Under the pieces are notes generated by a model. It did not search any database, was not told where the DNA came from, and worked only from the letters and a program-made list of their open reading frames with translations. Shown here one piece after another: positions 18,516 through 29,442 of a DNA stretch of 64,000 nt (within the stretch, counting starts at the first letter, position 1; each line of letters opens with the position of its first letter). Source of the stretch: an uncultured Nitrososphaerota archaeon (lineage in GTDB: Archaea > Thermoproteota > EX4484-205 > JAAOZP01). The position numbers and the translations under genes are program-made. The DNA lies in assembly GCA_964416155.1 (NCBI GenBank), contig CAYQCW010000004.1, positions 60,584 through 124,583 of the forward strand, read 5' to 3'.

Positions 18516-18623
18516 ATGAGCGAGGATTTTGACGAGGAGGAAGAAGAGGAGGAAGAATGGGAGGAAGAGGAAGAGGACTGGGAGGAAGACTGGGAAGAGG
18601 AAGAACTAGAGGAAGAATGGTAG
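18516..18623 (+). CDS. 35-aa hyperacidic micropeptide
   Basis: Not in ORF track; MSEDFDEEEEEEEEWEEEEEDWEEDWEEEELEEEW; TTTATA box about 30 nt upstream; mixed GAA/GAG codons. Confidence 0.7.
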   Translation: MSEDFDEEEEEEEEWEEEEEDWEEDWEEEELEEEW

Positions 18624-18680
18624 ACAAGGCAACGCTTTTTCTCAAGTAGTTTTTCAAAAGTTTTCCATGGTTGATACGGA

Positions 18681-20459
18681 TTGGTTAGAGTAGCCGTAGT
18701 AGACAGGGACTCCTGCAAACCCGAGAAGTGCGGAAAACCCTGCAGGAAATACTGTCCAATAGTTAGAATAGGCCAGGAGGCAATATACTTCGTTGAGGAT
18801 GAGAATCCTCCTGTGATTAACGAGTACCTGTGCAGCGGATGCTGCATATGCGTTAAGAAGTGTCCTTTCAATGCCATATGGGTGGTAAACCTTCCTGATG
18901 AGCTTGAGAAAAAGGTTTTCCACAGGTATGATGTTAACGCTTTCAAGCTCTATGGTTTTCCAGTTCTCTCTAAGGATGCTGTTACAGGCATTCTTGGTGA
19001 AAACGGAATAGGCAAGTCGACGGTGTTGAAGATAATCAGCGGTATTGTTAAGCCTAATCTGGGCAGGGTTGGTGAAGACGTGGATGTGAATGAAATCCTG
19101 TCTTTCCTAAGGGGGAATGTTTCGTTCAACTTGGTTGAAGACATTTTCAAGGGTAGGGTTAGATGCATCTATAAGCCACAGTACCTAGACGATATTCCCA
19201 GGATTATCGGAGGTAAAAGCGTCAGGGAAACGCTTGAGAAGGTGGACGAGAAAGGAGTTTTAAACGAGGTTCTGGAAAAACTGGATCTGAAAAGCATCGT
19301 TGACAACAAGGTTAACAGCCTGAGCGGTGGGGAACTGCAGAGGCTGGCTGTGGCAGCAGCCTTCATGAGAAGGGGAGACGTGTACTTGTTCGACGAGCCC
19401 TCGAGCTTCCTAGACGTGAAGCAGCGTCTCAAGGTGGCTGAGCTAATATCCTCTTTGAAAGAGGATGGTAAGATAGTCGTGGTTGTGGAGCATGATCTCA
19501 CGCTGCTCGACTATCTTGCCGACTATCTCGTCATAATCTACGGGCAGCCATCTGTTTACGGTATTGTCTCACAGGTTCTCTCAGCACGCGTCGGAATAAA
19601 CTCCTACTTGGAAGGATACATAAGGCAGGAGAACATTCGTTTCAGGAGGGACAGGATAAGGTTTCATGCTCACAGCCCGGCGGAAGAGTCTCCAGCATTG
19701 AAAATGTTTGAATGGCCATCTATACGGGTTTCGCTAGGAGGCTTCACTCTTAAGGCTGAGAAGGGCTTCATAGGGGTTGGGGAAGTCATAGGCATAGCCG
19801 GCCCAAACGGGATAGGTAAGACAACGATGTTGAAAGAACTGTTGAAATATTTCTCCGGCGGAGAATCATTGTCTGACAGCGTTCTGGCTAAGAGAATAGG
19901 ATACAAGCCGCAGTATGTCTCCGGCATGTTTAACGGGGTTGTAAGCGACCTTTTGAAAGAGGCTTACGGGGGCGATGTGCCCGAGGTTCTTGAAAGCGAG
20001 CTGGTAAAGCCCCTTAAGCTAGACAGGCTTCATGATAGGCTTGCTGAAACCCTTAGCGGCGGCGAGCTTCAAGCGCTTGCAATAGCAATAGCTCTCTTAA
20101 AGGATTCTCCGATATACTTCTTAGACGAGCCATGCGCGTACTTGGATGTTGAGCAGAGGCTTGTCGTTATACGTGCGATACGCCATGCCGTCATGACTAA
20201 AAAGGCTTCAGCATTCATTGTTGAACACGATGTTGTCGCCCTAGACTTTCTTTCAGACAGGCTCATCTTCATTCAGGGTGAACCTGGTGTCCAGGGATAT
20301 GCCTCTGAACCATTGAATGTCGCCGAGGGCATGAACAGCCTTCTCAAGTATCTGGATGCGACTCTTAGAAGGGAGCCTGAAAACCTCCGTCCTAGGATAA
20401 ACAAGAAGGATTCTAAGACGGACAGGCTTCAAAGGGCTCAGGGAAAGTATTACTATTAG
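18681..20459 (+). CDS. rli: Ribosome recycling factor ABCE1 (RLI)
   Basis: N-terminal Fe-S Cys motifs, two NBDs (GENGIGKS, GPNGIGKT, LSGGELQ twice), C-terminal YYY. Confidence 0.97.
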   Translation: MVRVAVVDRDSCKPEKCGKPCRKYCPIVRIGQEAIYFVEDENPPVINEYLCSGCCICVKKCPFNAIWVVNLPDELEKKVFHRYDVNAFKLYGFPVLSKDAVTGILGENGIGKSTVLKIISGIVKPNLGRVGEDVDVNEILSFLRGNVSFNLVEDIFKGRVRCIYKPQYLDDIPRIIGGKSVRETLEKVDEKGVLNEVLEKLDLKSIVDNKVNSLSGGELQRLAVAAAFMRRGDVYLFDEPSSFLDVKQRLKVAELISSLKEDGKIVVVVEHDLTLLDYLADYLVIIYGQPSVYGIVSQVLSARVGINSYLEGYIRQENIRFRRDRIRFHAHSPAEESPALKMFEWPSIRVSLGGFTLKAEKGFIGVGEVIGIAGPNGIGKTTMLKELLKYFSGGESLSDSVLAKRIGYKPQYVSGMFNGVVSDLLKEAYGGDVPEVLESELVKPLKLDRLHDRLAETLSGGELQALAIAIALLKDSPIYFLDEPCAYLDVEQRLVVIRAIRHAVMTKKASAFIVEHDVVALDFLSDRLIFIQGEPGVQGYASEPLNVAEGMNSLLKYLDATLRREPENLRPRINKKDSKTDRLQRAQGKYYY

Positions 20460-20493
20460 TGTTTTTCAAAAGGGTTAAGTTTTTAAACAATAG

Positions 20494-21204
<711 letters not shown>

Positions 21205-21239
21205 GTCCAGCTGGTTTATTAATCCGCAAAACTCGTTAA

Positions 21240-21715
21240 CTATTTTCTGAAGGTTTTCTCCATCCCATAATTATAAATTTTGAAACCGAGCTTCCTGTAA
21301 AGCTTAACCGCTGCCTTGTTCTCTTTCAACACGCTAAGCCTAACAGCGTTCACGCCTCCAGCCTTCAAGGTTTTCAAGCTTTCAACAACCAGCTTCTTGC
21401 CCACACTTCTCCTGCGAAACCCTGGCGATACGTAGAGGTTGTCTATAGTGCCGATGGGTCTGTAAACATTAAGAGGATAGTCAGGAAAAGAGCCCTGTAT
21501 AAACCCCACGGGCTTATTGTTTATCTTAGCAACGAAAAGGAAGGTTTTTCCACTTGCTAAACTGCCGCGGATAAAACTAACCATCTATTAGCGTTCTCTT
21601 TCGAAGGCAATATGAGACGCTCAACCTTAAAAATTTCACGGGCTAGGCTTAACCATAATTGCTTTAACAAGTCGTCAACATTCTCCGCCTCATACTTGCA
21701 GATTTCTATAAACAA
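21240..21715 (-). pseudogene. GNAT acetyltransferase split by a 1-nt frameshift near 21582
   Basis: Upstream frame MFIEICKYEAENVDDLLKQLWLSLAREIF...ENANRW continues in another frame as SFIRGSL...FRRRSVG...N.AAVKLYRKLGF. Confidence 0.7.
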
Positions 21716-21834
21716 CGGTCAACACTAAAATATGGTTAAGATATAAAGATTCCGAGTTTCAGAGGATTTTAAAAAGCTAGCGGCACGATGTTTAGGCTTA
21801 AGGCGTTACTACCTCGTATTCCTCTTCGTTGCGC

Positions 21835-22420
21835 GAGGTCGCGAAAAAGAGGCTATGAGGCTGTTGGGCTAGATTCAAGCCCTTAGATGCTCACTATTTG
21901 CGGCGAAAGGCGAAGGAGGAGGGTTTAAAAATAGAGACGTTGCGGGCAGACATGTATGGTTTCAGGCTGAAGAGAAAGGCGGATTTCGCCTTCATAATGA
22001 TGGGTTCATTCAACGCGGGCTCGAACGACGAGCTTAGCCATCTGGCTTCTGTAGTGCGTTCTCTTTAAAAGGGTGGGCTTTATTTCATTCAAAACATGGC
22101 TGTAGACTGGACGCAAAACGCGGAACAGAGCTGGACGATGGAAAGGGATGGAATAACCGTTAAAACAACCTATAGTACTAGCGCGCTTTATACGGAAAAG
22201 ATTACTCTGAAGGTAAATGACCATGGAAGACTGCTGAAGCTCGAGGATGAGGAGGACTTGTAGTTCTTTTCCCACAGGGATTCAAGATGCTTATAAGGCT
22301 GAACGGGAAATTCGAGTTCCTAGGCTGGTGGGAGGAATCTGAAAGCAGATGGTTCCTAGACAGGACTCGAGAAGGCTGAGAAACCGGGAAACATTAACAT
22401 GGTTCTTCTGAGAAGAAAAT
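21835..22420 (+). pseudogene. Degraded class I SAM-dependent methyltransferase
   Basis: GYEAVGLDSSP*ML / LRADMYGF...DFAFIMMGSF...SL*KGGLYFI with stops and frameshifts; ends approximate. Confidence 0.75.
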
Positions 22421-22498
22421 ATTTTTCTATGAGCATTAACACTACTGTTCTATCATCTACTCCGCCGGTTGCATATTTTTATCTGCTAGAGTTAAAAA

Positions 22499-22574
22499 CG
22501 GGCCCGCTGGGATTTGAACCCAGGTTCTCCGGCTCCGCAGGCCGACGCCTTTATCCTGGCTTGGCCACGGGCCC
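22499..22574 (-). tRNA. tRNA-Arg(GCG)
   Basis: Acceptor GGGCCCG/CGGGCCC; TCGGC-CTGCGGA-GCCGG; GGTTCAAATCC. Confidence 0.95.
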
Positions 22575-22600
22575 TTTAAAAGTTTCGACGTAGGGCTTAT

Positions 22601-24499
22601 TTAAACTTCATTCAGCTTCTCAATCCCCGTTATTTCAAACGCGTTGCCCATGGTTATCACGAAGGCTTTAACCAGCGCCAGCCTGTCCATTCTGATGTCT
22701 TCGCCCGTTATCACGGGACACTTCTCGTAGAAACTGTTGAACATGTCTGCAAGATGCCTCATGTATACTGCGATAATGTTCGGCGCCAGTGTTTCACTAG
22801 CCATGTTTAAAATCCATGAGAATTTGCCTATCTGCCTAACCAAGCTCAGTTCCTCAGAAGTGTTGAAGAAGACCTCGGTCAGACTGTTCACGTCGACACC
22901 TGCTTTCTCAAGTATTCTGCATGCTCGAGCATAGGTGTATTGAAGATATGGGGCAGTGTCGCCCTCTAGCCTCGTAGCGTCCTTAACGTCGAAAACTATA
23001 ATGTTGTTCTTATCAGTCTTGAAGAGCGAGTATCTTATGGATGCGACGCTCAGATGAGTGCTAACGCTCCTAATCCATTCCTCATCTTTAGACGGGTTTC
23101 TCCTCCGGGTTTCCCCATAAACCTTCTGAAACACCGTTTTAAGAAGGTCGTCAGCATTGAAAACTATTCCTTTCCTACCGGACATGTGAACCATCTTTCT
23201 TTCCCTCAACTCCTCGACCCCCGTCAGCTCGCTGGCCGTCTCTCCGGAGAGGGCGACAACCTCGTAGAGATATGGGAGATACTTTTTCTCAGGCGGGGCT
23301 CCAAGCTTTCTCAAAGCATGCTCAACCACTTTCTGCGGGTACTCTTGCCTCTTGTCAACAACCGTTATTGCCAAGTCTGCTCCACGGTAATCGTATTCCT
23401 CCCCGTCCCAGTGCGTCGTTAAAAGGATCCTCCCGTTCGGCTGCTCAACCCATTTCTTCACCCTGAACCTCCTCGACGTCAAGCCGAGCTTCCACGCTGC
23501 GTAAGCAATATCCTTTCCCACGTAGGTGGCGGTACCGTCTGACCTCACGAGGACCTCGTCGGGCGCCTTAAGCCTGCTGAACTCTTCAACATCCCTGAGC
23601 CTGATCATTAAACACCCCTTGTTTTCACCCTCCTCTTCCAAGTAGGCTTCACCACTGTTTTTCAACTCGTTCACAGCCCACTCGAATATTCCTGACCTCA
23701 ACACGTCCGTCTCCCAGTTTAGCAAGTCGTAAAATATTCTGAAGCCCCAAGCAGTTTCAAGCTGGCATTCAACAACCTTCTCCGAGAAAAACCTGGCGAA
23801 ATCAGCCACGTCGTTCCCACCTTCCTCAATCCTTCTTATTATCTTGCTCCTCAGCCTCCTAAGCCCCTCATCCTTCTCAATCTTCTTACTATACTCGGCG
23901 TAAACCCTGCCGCTGTACTCGTCGAACCTTGTGCCCTCCGGAGGCTCCAGAGGCGTCTTCATAAAGTAGTGGGCGAGAATATTATCGGCAACCTGGGAGC
24001 CGCTGTCGTCAATATAGTTTACAACAGTTACCTCGTGACCCAGAAACCTTAGGAGCCTCGCCAAAACGTCTCCGATTACAGCGTTCCTCAGCGTCCCGAC
24101 GTGAAGAGCCTTATTCGGGTTAGAATTAGTATGTTCTATGAGTATTTTCCTACTGGCGACAGGAAACTTTCCGTAATCATCGCGTTTAGAAAGAGCCTCG
24201 TTCAACACTTTGACGGAGTATTTCACTGGGTCGAAGCGGAAATCGATGAAGCCGTTCACGTTTTCAACACGCTTCAAAACCTCCATCTTGCTCGCGTCTA
24301 TGGCTGCTATAATCCTGTCAGCCGTCTCCACAGGGTTTAAACCGTGTTTCCTAGCCAAGTCGAAGGCCACGGGGGTTGCAAGGTCGCCGAGCTCAGGGAT
24401 GGGCGGCTCCTCAACCCTAGCCCTGGCAGTAAACCCGAGTCTTTCCAGCGCCTGGTCCACTTGAACCCTTATTCTTTCAGCCTCCTCCAGAAACCCCAT
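22601..24499 (-). CDS. argS: Arginyl-tRNA synthetase
   Basis: EHTNSNPNKALHVGTLRN (HIGH-like), MSGRKG, GDTAPYLQYTYARA. Confidence 0.97.
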   Translation of the reverse strand: MGFLEEAERIRVQVDQALERLGFTARARVEEPPIPELGDLATPVAFDLARKHGLNPVETADRIIAAIDASKMEVLKRVENVNGFIDFRFDPVKYSVKVLNEALSKRDDYGKFPVASRKILIEHTNSNPNKALHVGTLRNAVIGDVLARLLRFLGHEVTVVNYIDDSGSQVADNILAHYFMKTPLEPPEGTRFDEYSGRVYAEYSKKIEKDEGLRRLRSKIIRRIEEGGNDVADFARFFSEKVVECQLETAWGFRIFYDLLNWETDVLRSGIFEWAVNELKNSGEAYLEEEGENKGCLMIRLRDVEEFSRLKAPDEVLVRSDGTATYVGKDIAYAAWKLGLTSRRFRVKKWVEQPNGRILLTTHWDGEEYDYRGADLAITVVDKRQEYPQKVVEHALRKLGAPPEKKYLPYLYEVVALSGETASELTGVEELRERKMVHMSGRKGIVFNADDLLKTVFQKVYGETRRRNPSKDEEWIRSVSTHLSVASIRYSLFKTDKNNIIVFDVKDATRLEGDTAPYLQYTYARACRILEKAGVDVNSLTEVFFNTSEELSLVRQIGKFSWILNMASETLAPNIIAVYMRHLADMFNSFYEKCPVITGEDIRMDRLALVKAFVITMGNAFEITGIEKLNEV

Positions 24500-24538
24500 T
24501 CTACAGACGGTTTTAAAGCAGAACAGGGTTAATAAGGA

Positions 24539-25084
24539 TTAACGGTGGTAAACCGGCTGCTGGATTTTCAGCTTTTCTTTCAGCCTCCACTTTGATGCCA
24601 GCTTTTCAAAATCCTTTTTGAAAACCTTTCTGAGGTAAGGCAGGTAGAAGTTTATTTCTTCACCAGTCATGTATTGAAACTGGTACTCACCCTCGTATGG
24701 AGAAGGCTCTCCAGCCCTGGTTATGAACTCTAGGTGCATGAAGGGGTCTCCCTTTTTAACCACTACGGGTTCCCTTTCGTTGTTCAGGTTCACAATCTCC
24801 AGTGCAAGCCTCCCAACGAAGCCGCTGTGAACCTTGGCCGCGTTTAAAAAGGACAGGCCTGCTCTGCCGTAACGGCTTTTAGCAGTAAGGTGTGCGACAA
24901 TGTTTGGCGGCGTGAAAACTATCTCGTTAGATATCACGTTCTTATGCTCCAAGTATTGAAGCTTAACATCGTCCATCACTGTTAAAACATACCCGTCTCC
25001 ATCCATGTACTTTTCGTCGAACGGGTGTATTATCGGCATTCTCTTCACCATTCTAAGCAGCTCGCTTTTCCCCAGTATGCTCAT
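24539..25084 (-). CDS. dcd: dCTP deaminase / trimeric dUTPase family
   Basis: KSRYGRAGL, VHSGFVGRLALEIVN, Y.G.YQ.Q. Confidence 0.8.
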   Translation of the reverse strand: MSILGKSELLRMVKRMPIIHPFDEKYMDGDGYVLTVMDDVKLQYLEHKNVISNEIVFTPPNIVAHLTAKSRYGRAGLSFLNAAKVHSGFVGRLALEIVNLNNEREPVVVKKGDPFMHLEFITRAGEPSPYEGEYQFQYMTGEEINFYLPYLRKVFKKDFEKLASKWRLKEKLKIQQPVYHR

Positions 25085-25106
25085 CAGCCTTTAGGCTCAG
25101 GGGACA

Positions 25107-26003
25107 CTAATATAAATTTTCAATAAGCCTTTTCAGCTTCCTAACCCTGTCTTCAACCTCGTCAACGCTGAAGTCGAAGAAGAGTCCTGTTTTCTCAGCC
25201 TTAATGCTTGAGCAGGCTGCCGCGTAAAGACTTGACTCCAGCAGGCTTCCTGTTTCAAGATGCTTCGCAAGGAAAACAGCCGCGTAAACATCCCCCGCAC
25301 CAGTCGGGTCAAGCGTTTCCACGCTGAAAACAGGCATGTAGAAACACCCCTGCTTGTAAACAATCATGGAGCCGTGTTCAGAGTTAGTCAGCTCAACAAT
25401 CATCCTTGGGTTGATTTCGAAAAGCTCCTTAACGTCACGGTTCAAGAAGAAAAACTGCTCGTCAACATTCATGTGAACATAGTCCACCCTGCTTAGAGCA
25501 TCCTCGGGAAGCATTCTCTTAACGTGTTTAACACACCCGTCGACACCGCTAGTTCTGATGAACCCCTGCGCGTCAACAGAAAGCCTGAAGTCTGCCTCCT
25601 TAAACTCCTTGAAAAAACTATGGTCAACCTCGTTTAAAACAGGTGTAACATGTATAGCGTCAAACCCTATAAGCCTACTCCTTTCAACAACAATCTTTCT
25701 AGAAGGCTCTCCAGACGTCTTCTGAATCCTAGAGGAATCCTGGTAAACATTTTCAAACAGGATGCTTCTATCAAGCTCCGTAACGTAAACCTCGACACCC
25801 TTCTGCTTAAGACTCTCCACCCACTCCGGGTTCATATCCGGCCCGTAGGCTGTGAAAAGAACTGTTTCAACACCTATTCTAGAGAGGCTGAGCGAAGAGT
25901 AGAATCCTCCCCCACCCATGTAACTGTAGGATCCGCCCCTGCTCCTGTTAACGTCTATCGTTAAAGCACCTATCACGCCGATTCTATGAGGCATCCTAGA
26001 CAT
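25107..26003 (-). CDS. PfkB family carbohydrate kinase
   Basis: GGGGFY and DPTGAGDVY signature. Confidence 0.9.
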   Translation of the reverse strand: MSRMPHRIGVIGALTIDVNRSRGGSYSYMGGGGFYSSLSLSRIGVETVLFTAYGPDMNPEWVESLKQKGVEVYVTELDRSILFENVYQDSSRIQKTSGEPSRKIVVERSRLIGFDAIHVTPVLNEVDHSFFKEFKEADFRLSVDAQGFIRTSGVDGCVKHVKRMLPEDALSRVDYVHMNVDEQFFFLNRDVKELFEINPRMIVELTNSEHGSMIVYKQGCFYMPVFSVETLDPTGAGDVYAAVFLAKHLETGSLLESSLYAAACSSIKAEKTGLFFDFSVDEVEDRVRKLKRLIENLY

Positions 26004-26177
26004 TTAGACGAAGAAACAGGTTAAGCCCCCTATTTAACCACTATCAGCATTAGGTAGGAGCCTCCATCTAAAAGCTTAAAAAACCTTCTGGCTAAACCAT
26101 TGGTTAAAATTTTTCCACTCTAAAGGCCCAGGGTTAGGGCAAAGTGTATAAGCCAGTGTTTTCCAGCTTCCCCGGGG

Positions 26178-26756
26178 ATGATGAGGATGGTGAAAACAAG
26201 CAGGATTGTTGAAATAAGGTGGCACGGCAGGGGCGGTCAGGGAGTTGTCCTAGCAAACCAGCTGATAGGAATGGCTCTCTTCGAAGAAGGCAAAAACATA
26301 CAGACTTTCCCGGATTTCGGACCGGAGAGGACCGGTGGGCCGGTGAGGGGCTACACGCGTTTCTCAGAGGACCCTATAGACATACATTCCTCAGTATACG
26401 AGCCGGATATTCTGGCGGTTATAGACCCTTACTTGGCTGAGGATCCAAGCGTCTACGCAGGCCTTAAGCCGGAGGGTGTCGCGGTAGTCAACTCAGCTAA
26501 AAACCCTGGGGACCTGAGGAGGAAACTGGGTTTAAACGTTAAGACCCTGGGCGTCGTAGACGCCGCTAGGATCTCGAAGGAAGTTTTCGGAGCTTATGTT
26601 TTCAACACGCCTGTCCTAGGCGGCCTAGTGGGGCTGACGAGCATAGTTAGGCTTGAGACACTTGAAAAACTGTTTTTAAACAGGTTTCCGGGCAGGGTTG
26701 GGGAGCTGAACGTGAAAATGCTTAAGAGGGGGTATGAGGAGGTGGCGGCCCAATGA
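26178..26756 (+). CDS. porG: Pyruvate/2-oxoacid:ferredoxin oxidoreductase gamma subunit
   Basis: EIRWHGRGGQG, FGPERTGGPV. Confidence 0.93.
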   Translation: MMRMVKTSRIVEIRWHGRGGQGVVLANQLIGMALFEEGKNIQTFPDFGPERTGGPVRGYTRFSEDPIDIHSSVYEPDILAVIDPYLAEDPSVYAGLKPEGVAVVNSAKNPGDLRRKLGLNVKTLGVVDAARISKEVFGAYVFNTPVLGGLVGLTSIVRLETLEKLFLNRFPGRVGELNVKMLKRGYEEVAAQ

Positions 26757-27031
26757 GTACAACCGTAACCTGGAGAGAGATAGACCTGGGTGGAAGCGTC
26801 GCCGGCGGAACAAGCGAGAAGTATAAGACCGGCAACTGGAGGGTTGAAAGGCCAGTCATAGACTATGAGAAGTGCGTGAGATGCTTGATATGCTGGCTCT
26901 ACTGTCCTGAGCCCGCGATAATTAGAAACGGGAGCGGGGTCAAGATAGACTACGACTATTGCAAGGGCTGCGGAATATGTGCCGAAGAATGTCCAAAGAA
27001 AGCGATAACAATGGTTCCGGAGGAGATTTAG
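26753..27031 (+). CDS. porD: Pyruvate/2-oxoacid:ferredoxin oxidoreductase delta subunit
   Basis: KTGNWR; two 4Fe-4S motifs including YCKGCGICAEECP. Confidence 0.93.
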   Translation: MSTTVTWREIDLGGSVAGGTSEKYKTGNWRVERPVIDYEKCVRCLICWLYCPEPAIIRNGSGVKIDYDYCKGCGICAEECPKKAITMVPEEI

Positions 27032-27032
27032 A

Positions 27033-28229
27033 ATGATGATGGAAGCCTTAGCAAGGCAACACAGGATCGCGTTAACCGGGAATGACGCTGTAGCCTACGC
27101 GGTTAAACAGGCTAACGTCGACGTGATAAGCGCATACCCGATAACCCCGCAGACATTCGTCGTCGAAGCGCTTTCAAGGTACGTGAACGACGGCGAGCTG
27201 AACGCAAAGTTCATAAACGTGGAGTCTGAGCACTCCGCCCTCTCAGCAGTAATAGGGGCATCGCTAGCGGGGGCTAGAACGTTCACAGCGACAGCAAGCC
27301 AGGGCCTCGCCTACATGTGGGAAGCGCTTTACGCAGCATCAGGATTAAGGCTGCCGATAGTCATGGCTTTAGCGGCGAGAGCATTGTCGGCACCGATAAA
27401 CATTCACAACGATCATTCAGACTTCTTCGGAATGAGGGATGCAGGCTGGATAATGTTCAACGGCGAGGAGGCGCAGGAAACCTACGACCTCACAATTATG
27501 GCTTTCAAAGTCGCTGAAGACCCCAGAGTACTTCTGCCGGTCGTAGTCTCGTACGACGGCTTCATAGTCTCACACGCGATAACCAACTTCTACGCTTTAA
27601 ACGACGACGTCATCAAAGAATTCTTGGGTGTGAGAACAACCGGGCCAAAAATAGACCCGGAAAACCCGAGAACCTTCGGCGTCCTCGCCCTTCAAGACTC
27701 CAACTTCGAGTTTAAAAGACAACAGTACGAGGCGATGGAGAACTCTAGGCAAGTAATAAAAGAAGTATTCCAGAAATACGGAGAGATCTCCGGCAGGAAC
27801 TACAAGCCTCTGAAAGAATACATGACGAGCGACGCGGAAACCTGCATAGTGGCAATGGGAAGCACAGTCGGAACAGCTAGACACGCGGTTAAAAACCTCA
27901 GGGAAGCAGGCGAGAAAGTAGGCGTAGTGGGGATACTTCAATACAGACCTTGGCCGGTTAAAGAGGCTGAACAACTATTCGCAAGGTTCAGAAGAATCAT
28001 CATCATGGAGAAGGTGATGAGCCCGGGAGCAAGAGCAGGGCCAGTCTACGAGGATATCGCTGCAACACTATACTCCAACTGCAACGTTAAAATGATAGAC
28101 TTCACATACGGTCTCGGCGGGAGAGACATCTCAACACAGGGAATCATAGAAATCTACAAAAAGGGCAAGGAGCTCATAGACAAGGGTAAAACAGACAGGG
28201 TCTACTTCCACGGGGTGAGAGGAGAATGA
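27033..28229 (+). CDS. porA: Pyruvate:ferredoxin oxidoreductase alpha subunit
   Basis: YPITPQ, ESEHSA, TATASQGL, GLGGRD. Confidence 0.93.
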   Translation: MMMEALARQHRIALTGNDAVAYAVKQANVDVISAYPITPQTFVVEALSRYVNDGELNAKFINVESEHSALSAVIGASLAGARTFTATASQGLAYMWEALYAASGLRLPIVMALAARALSAPINIHNDHSDFFGMRDAGWIMFNGEEAQETYDLTIMAFKVAEDPRVLLPVVVSYDGFIVSHAITNFYALNDDVIKEFLGVRTTGPKIDPENPRTFGVLALQDSNFEFKRQQYEAMENSRQVIKEVFQKYGEISGRNYKPLKEYMTSDAETCIVAMGSTVGTARHAVKNLREAGEKVGVVGILQYRPWPVKEAEQLFARFRRIIIMEKVMSPGARAGPVYEDIAATLYSNCNVKMIDFTYGLGGRDISTQGIIEIYKKGKELIDKGKTDRVYFHGVRGE

Positions 28230-29173
28230 GCAAGCTTAACCAAGTAGCGAAAATATCTGATCTGCCCGAAGACTCAAAATTCAGGCCAGGACACAGACTC
28301 TGTGCAGGATGCGGCCCAGCAATAACCGTGAAACTAATAACACTCGCCGTCCCGGAAGCAATAATAGTGAACTCAACAGGCTGCGTCGAAGTCGGAACAA
28401 CAATCTACCCTTACTCCGCATGGAAAACACCATGGGTTCATGTGCTCTTCCAGAACAACGCTCCAGTCGCATCAGGCATAGCCGCAGCACTTGAAAAACT
28501 CTCGGTAGAAGGGAGGGCTAAGAAAATCCCCGTCATAGCACTTGGAGGAGACGGCTCAGCATTCGACATAGGACTGGGAGCAATATCAGGTGCACTCGAA
28601 AGATTAGACAAAATTACATATATATGTTATGATAACTTTGCGTACATGAATACTGGAATCCAACGTTCAGGAGCTACTCCTTTGGGTGTTGCGACTACTA
28701 CGAGTCCTGCCGGCAGGGTGATTCCGGGTAAGCAGGAGAACAAGAAGGATTTGATCGGCATTGTCGCTTCACACCATATTCCTTATGCTGCCACTGCGAC
28801 ATTTTGGCTTTGGCGCGACATGGTTAACAAGATTCGTAAGGCTGTCAGCTATAATGAGCAGGGATCCGCGTTCCTTCATATTCTTGCTCCATGCCAGTTC
28901 GGCTGGCGTTATGAGCCGCATTTAACGGTTAAGGTTTCCCGGATGGCTGTTGAAACAAGGCTGTTCCCTGTTTATGAGGTTGAGGATGGTCAGCTAAGAA
29001 TTAACTATAGGGTTTCTAAACCAATGCCGGTTGAGGAGTTCTTGAAGATCCAGAGGTGGTCTCGTCATCTTCTCGAACCCAAGAATGCTGATGCTCTTCA
29101 ACGTCTTAAGAACTGGATTGAGTGGAACTGGCAGCGCTTGGAGAACCTGGAGAAGGCTGGCAAAGTATTCTAG
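28226..29173 (+). CDS. porB: Pyruvate:ferredoxin oxidoreductase beta subunit
   Basis: GHRLCAGCG, GGDG...DN.AYMNTGIQRS TPP-binding motif. Confidence 0.93.
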   Translation: MSKLNQVAKISDLPEDSKFRPGHRLCAGCGPAITVKLITLAVPEAIIVNSTGCVEVGTTIYPYSAWKTPWVHVLFQNNAPVASGIAAALEKLSVEGRAKKIPVIALGGDGSAFDIGLGAISGALERLDKITYICYDNFAYMNTGIQRSGATPLGVATTTSPAGRVIPGKQENKKDLIGIVASHHIPYAATATFWLWRDMVNKIRKAVSYNEQGSAFLHILAPCQFGWRYEPHLTVKVSRMAVETRLFPVYEVEDGQLRINYRVSKPMPVEEFLKIQRWSRHLLEPKNADALQRLKNWIEWNWQRLENLEKAGKVF

Positions 29174-29442
29174 AGACTCTTTCCCAAGTTTTTTTAATTT
29201 CTAAAGTGTTTAGACGTGTTTCTCTAAAATTTGTCCATGCGTCAGGTTTTCCTCAGAAGCCGGTTAATGTTTTAAACGGCTGTGAAAATCGAAACGGATG
29301 GCTCCACCCTAAAATAAACCTTTAATACTATACTGTTTCCATGGCTAGTGAAACTTGAACAGTTGGATAGTAACCATGGTCCACTGCTTCTGTTATACTC
29401 AAATACTACTGTCTGGCGGGAATCTATGGTTACCACGTATAG

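Noticed and set aside
18494-18946. Ser-rich and Pro-rich minus-strand ORFs (18494-18946, 18463-18657)
   Set aside because: Antisense shadows of the Glu-rich micropeptide and the ABCE1 start.
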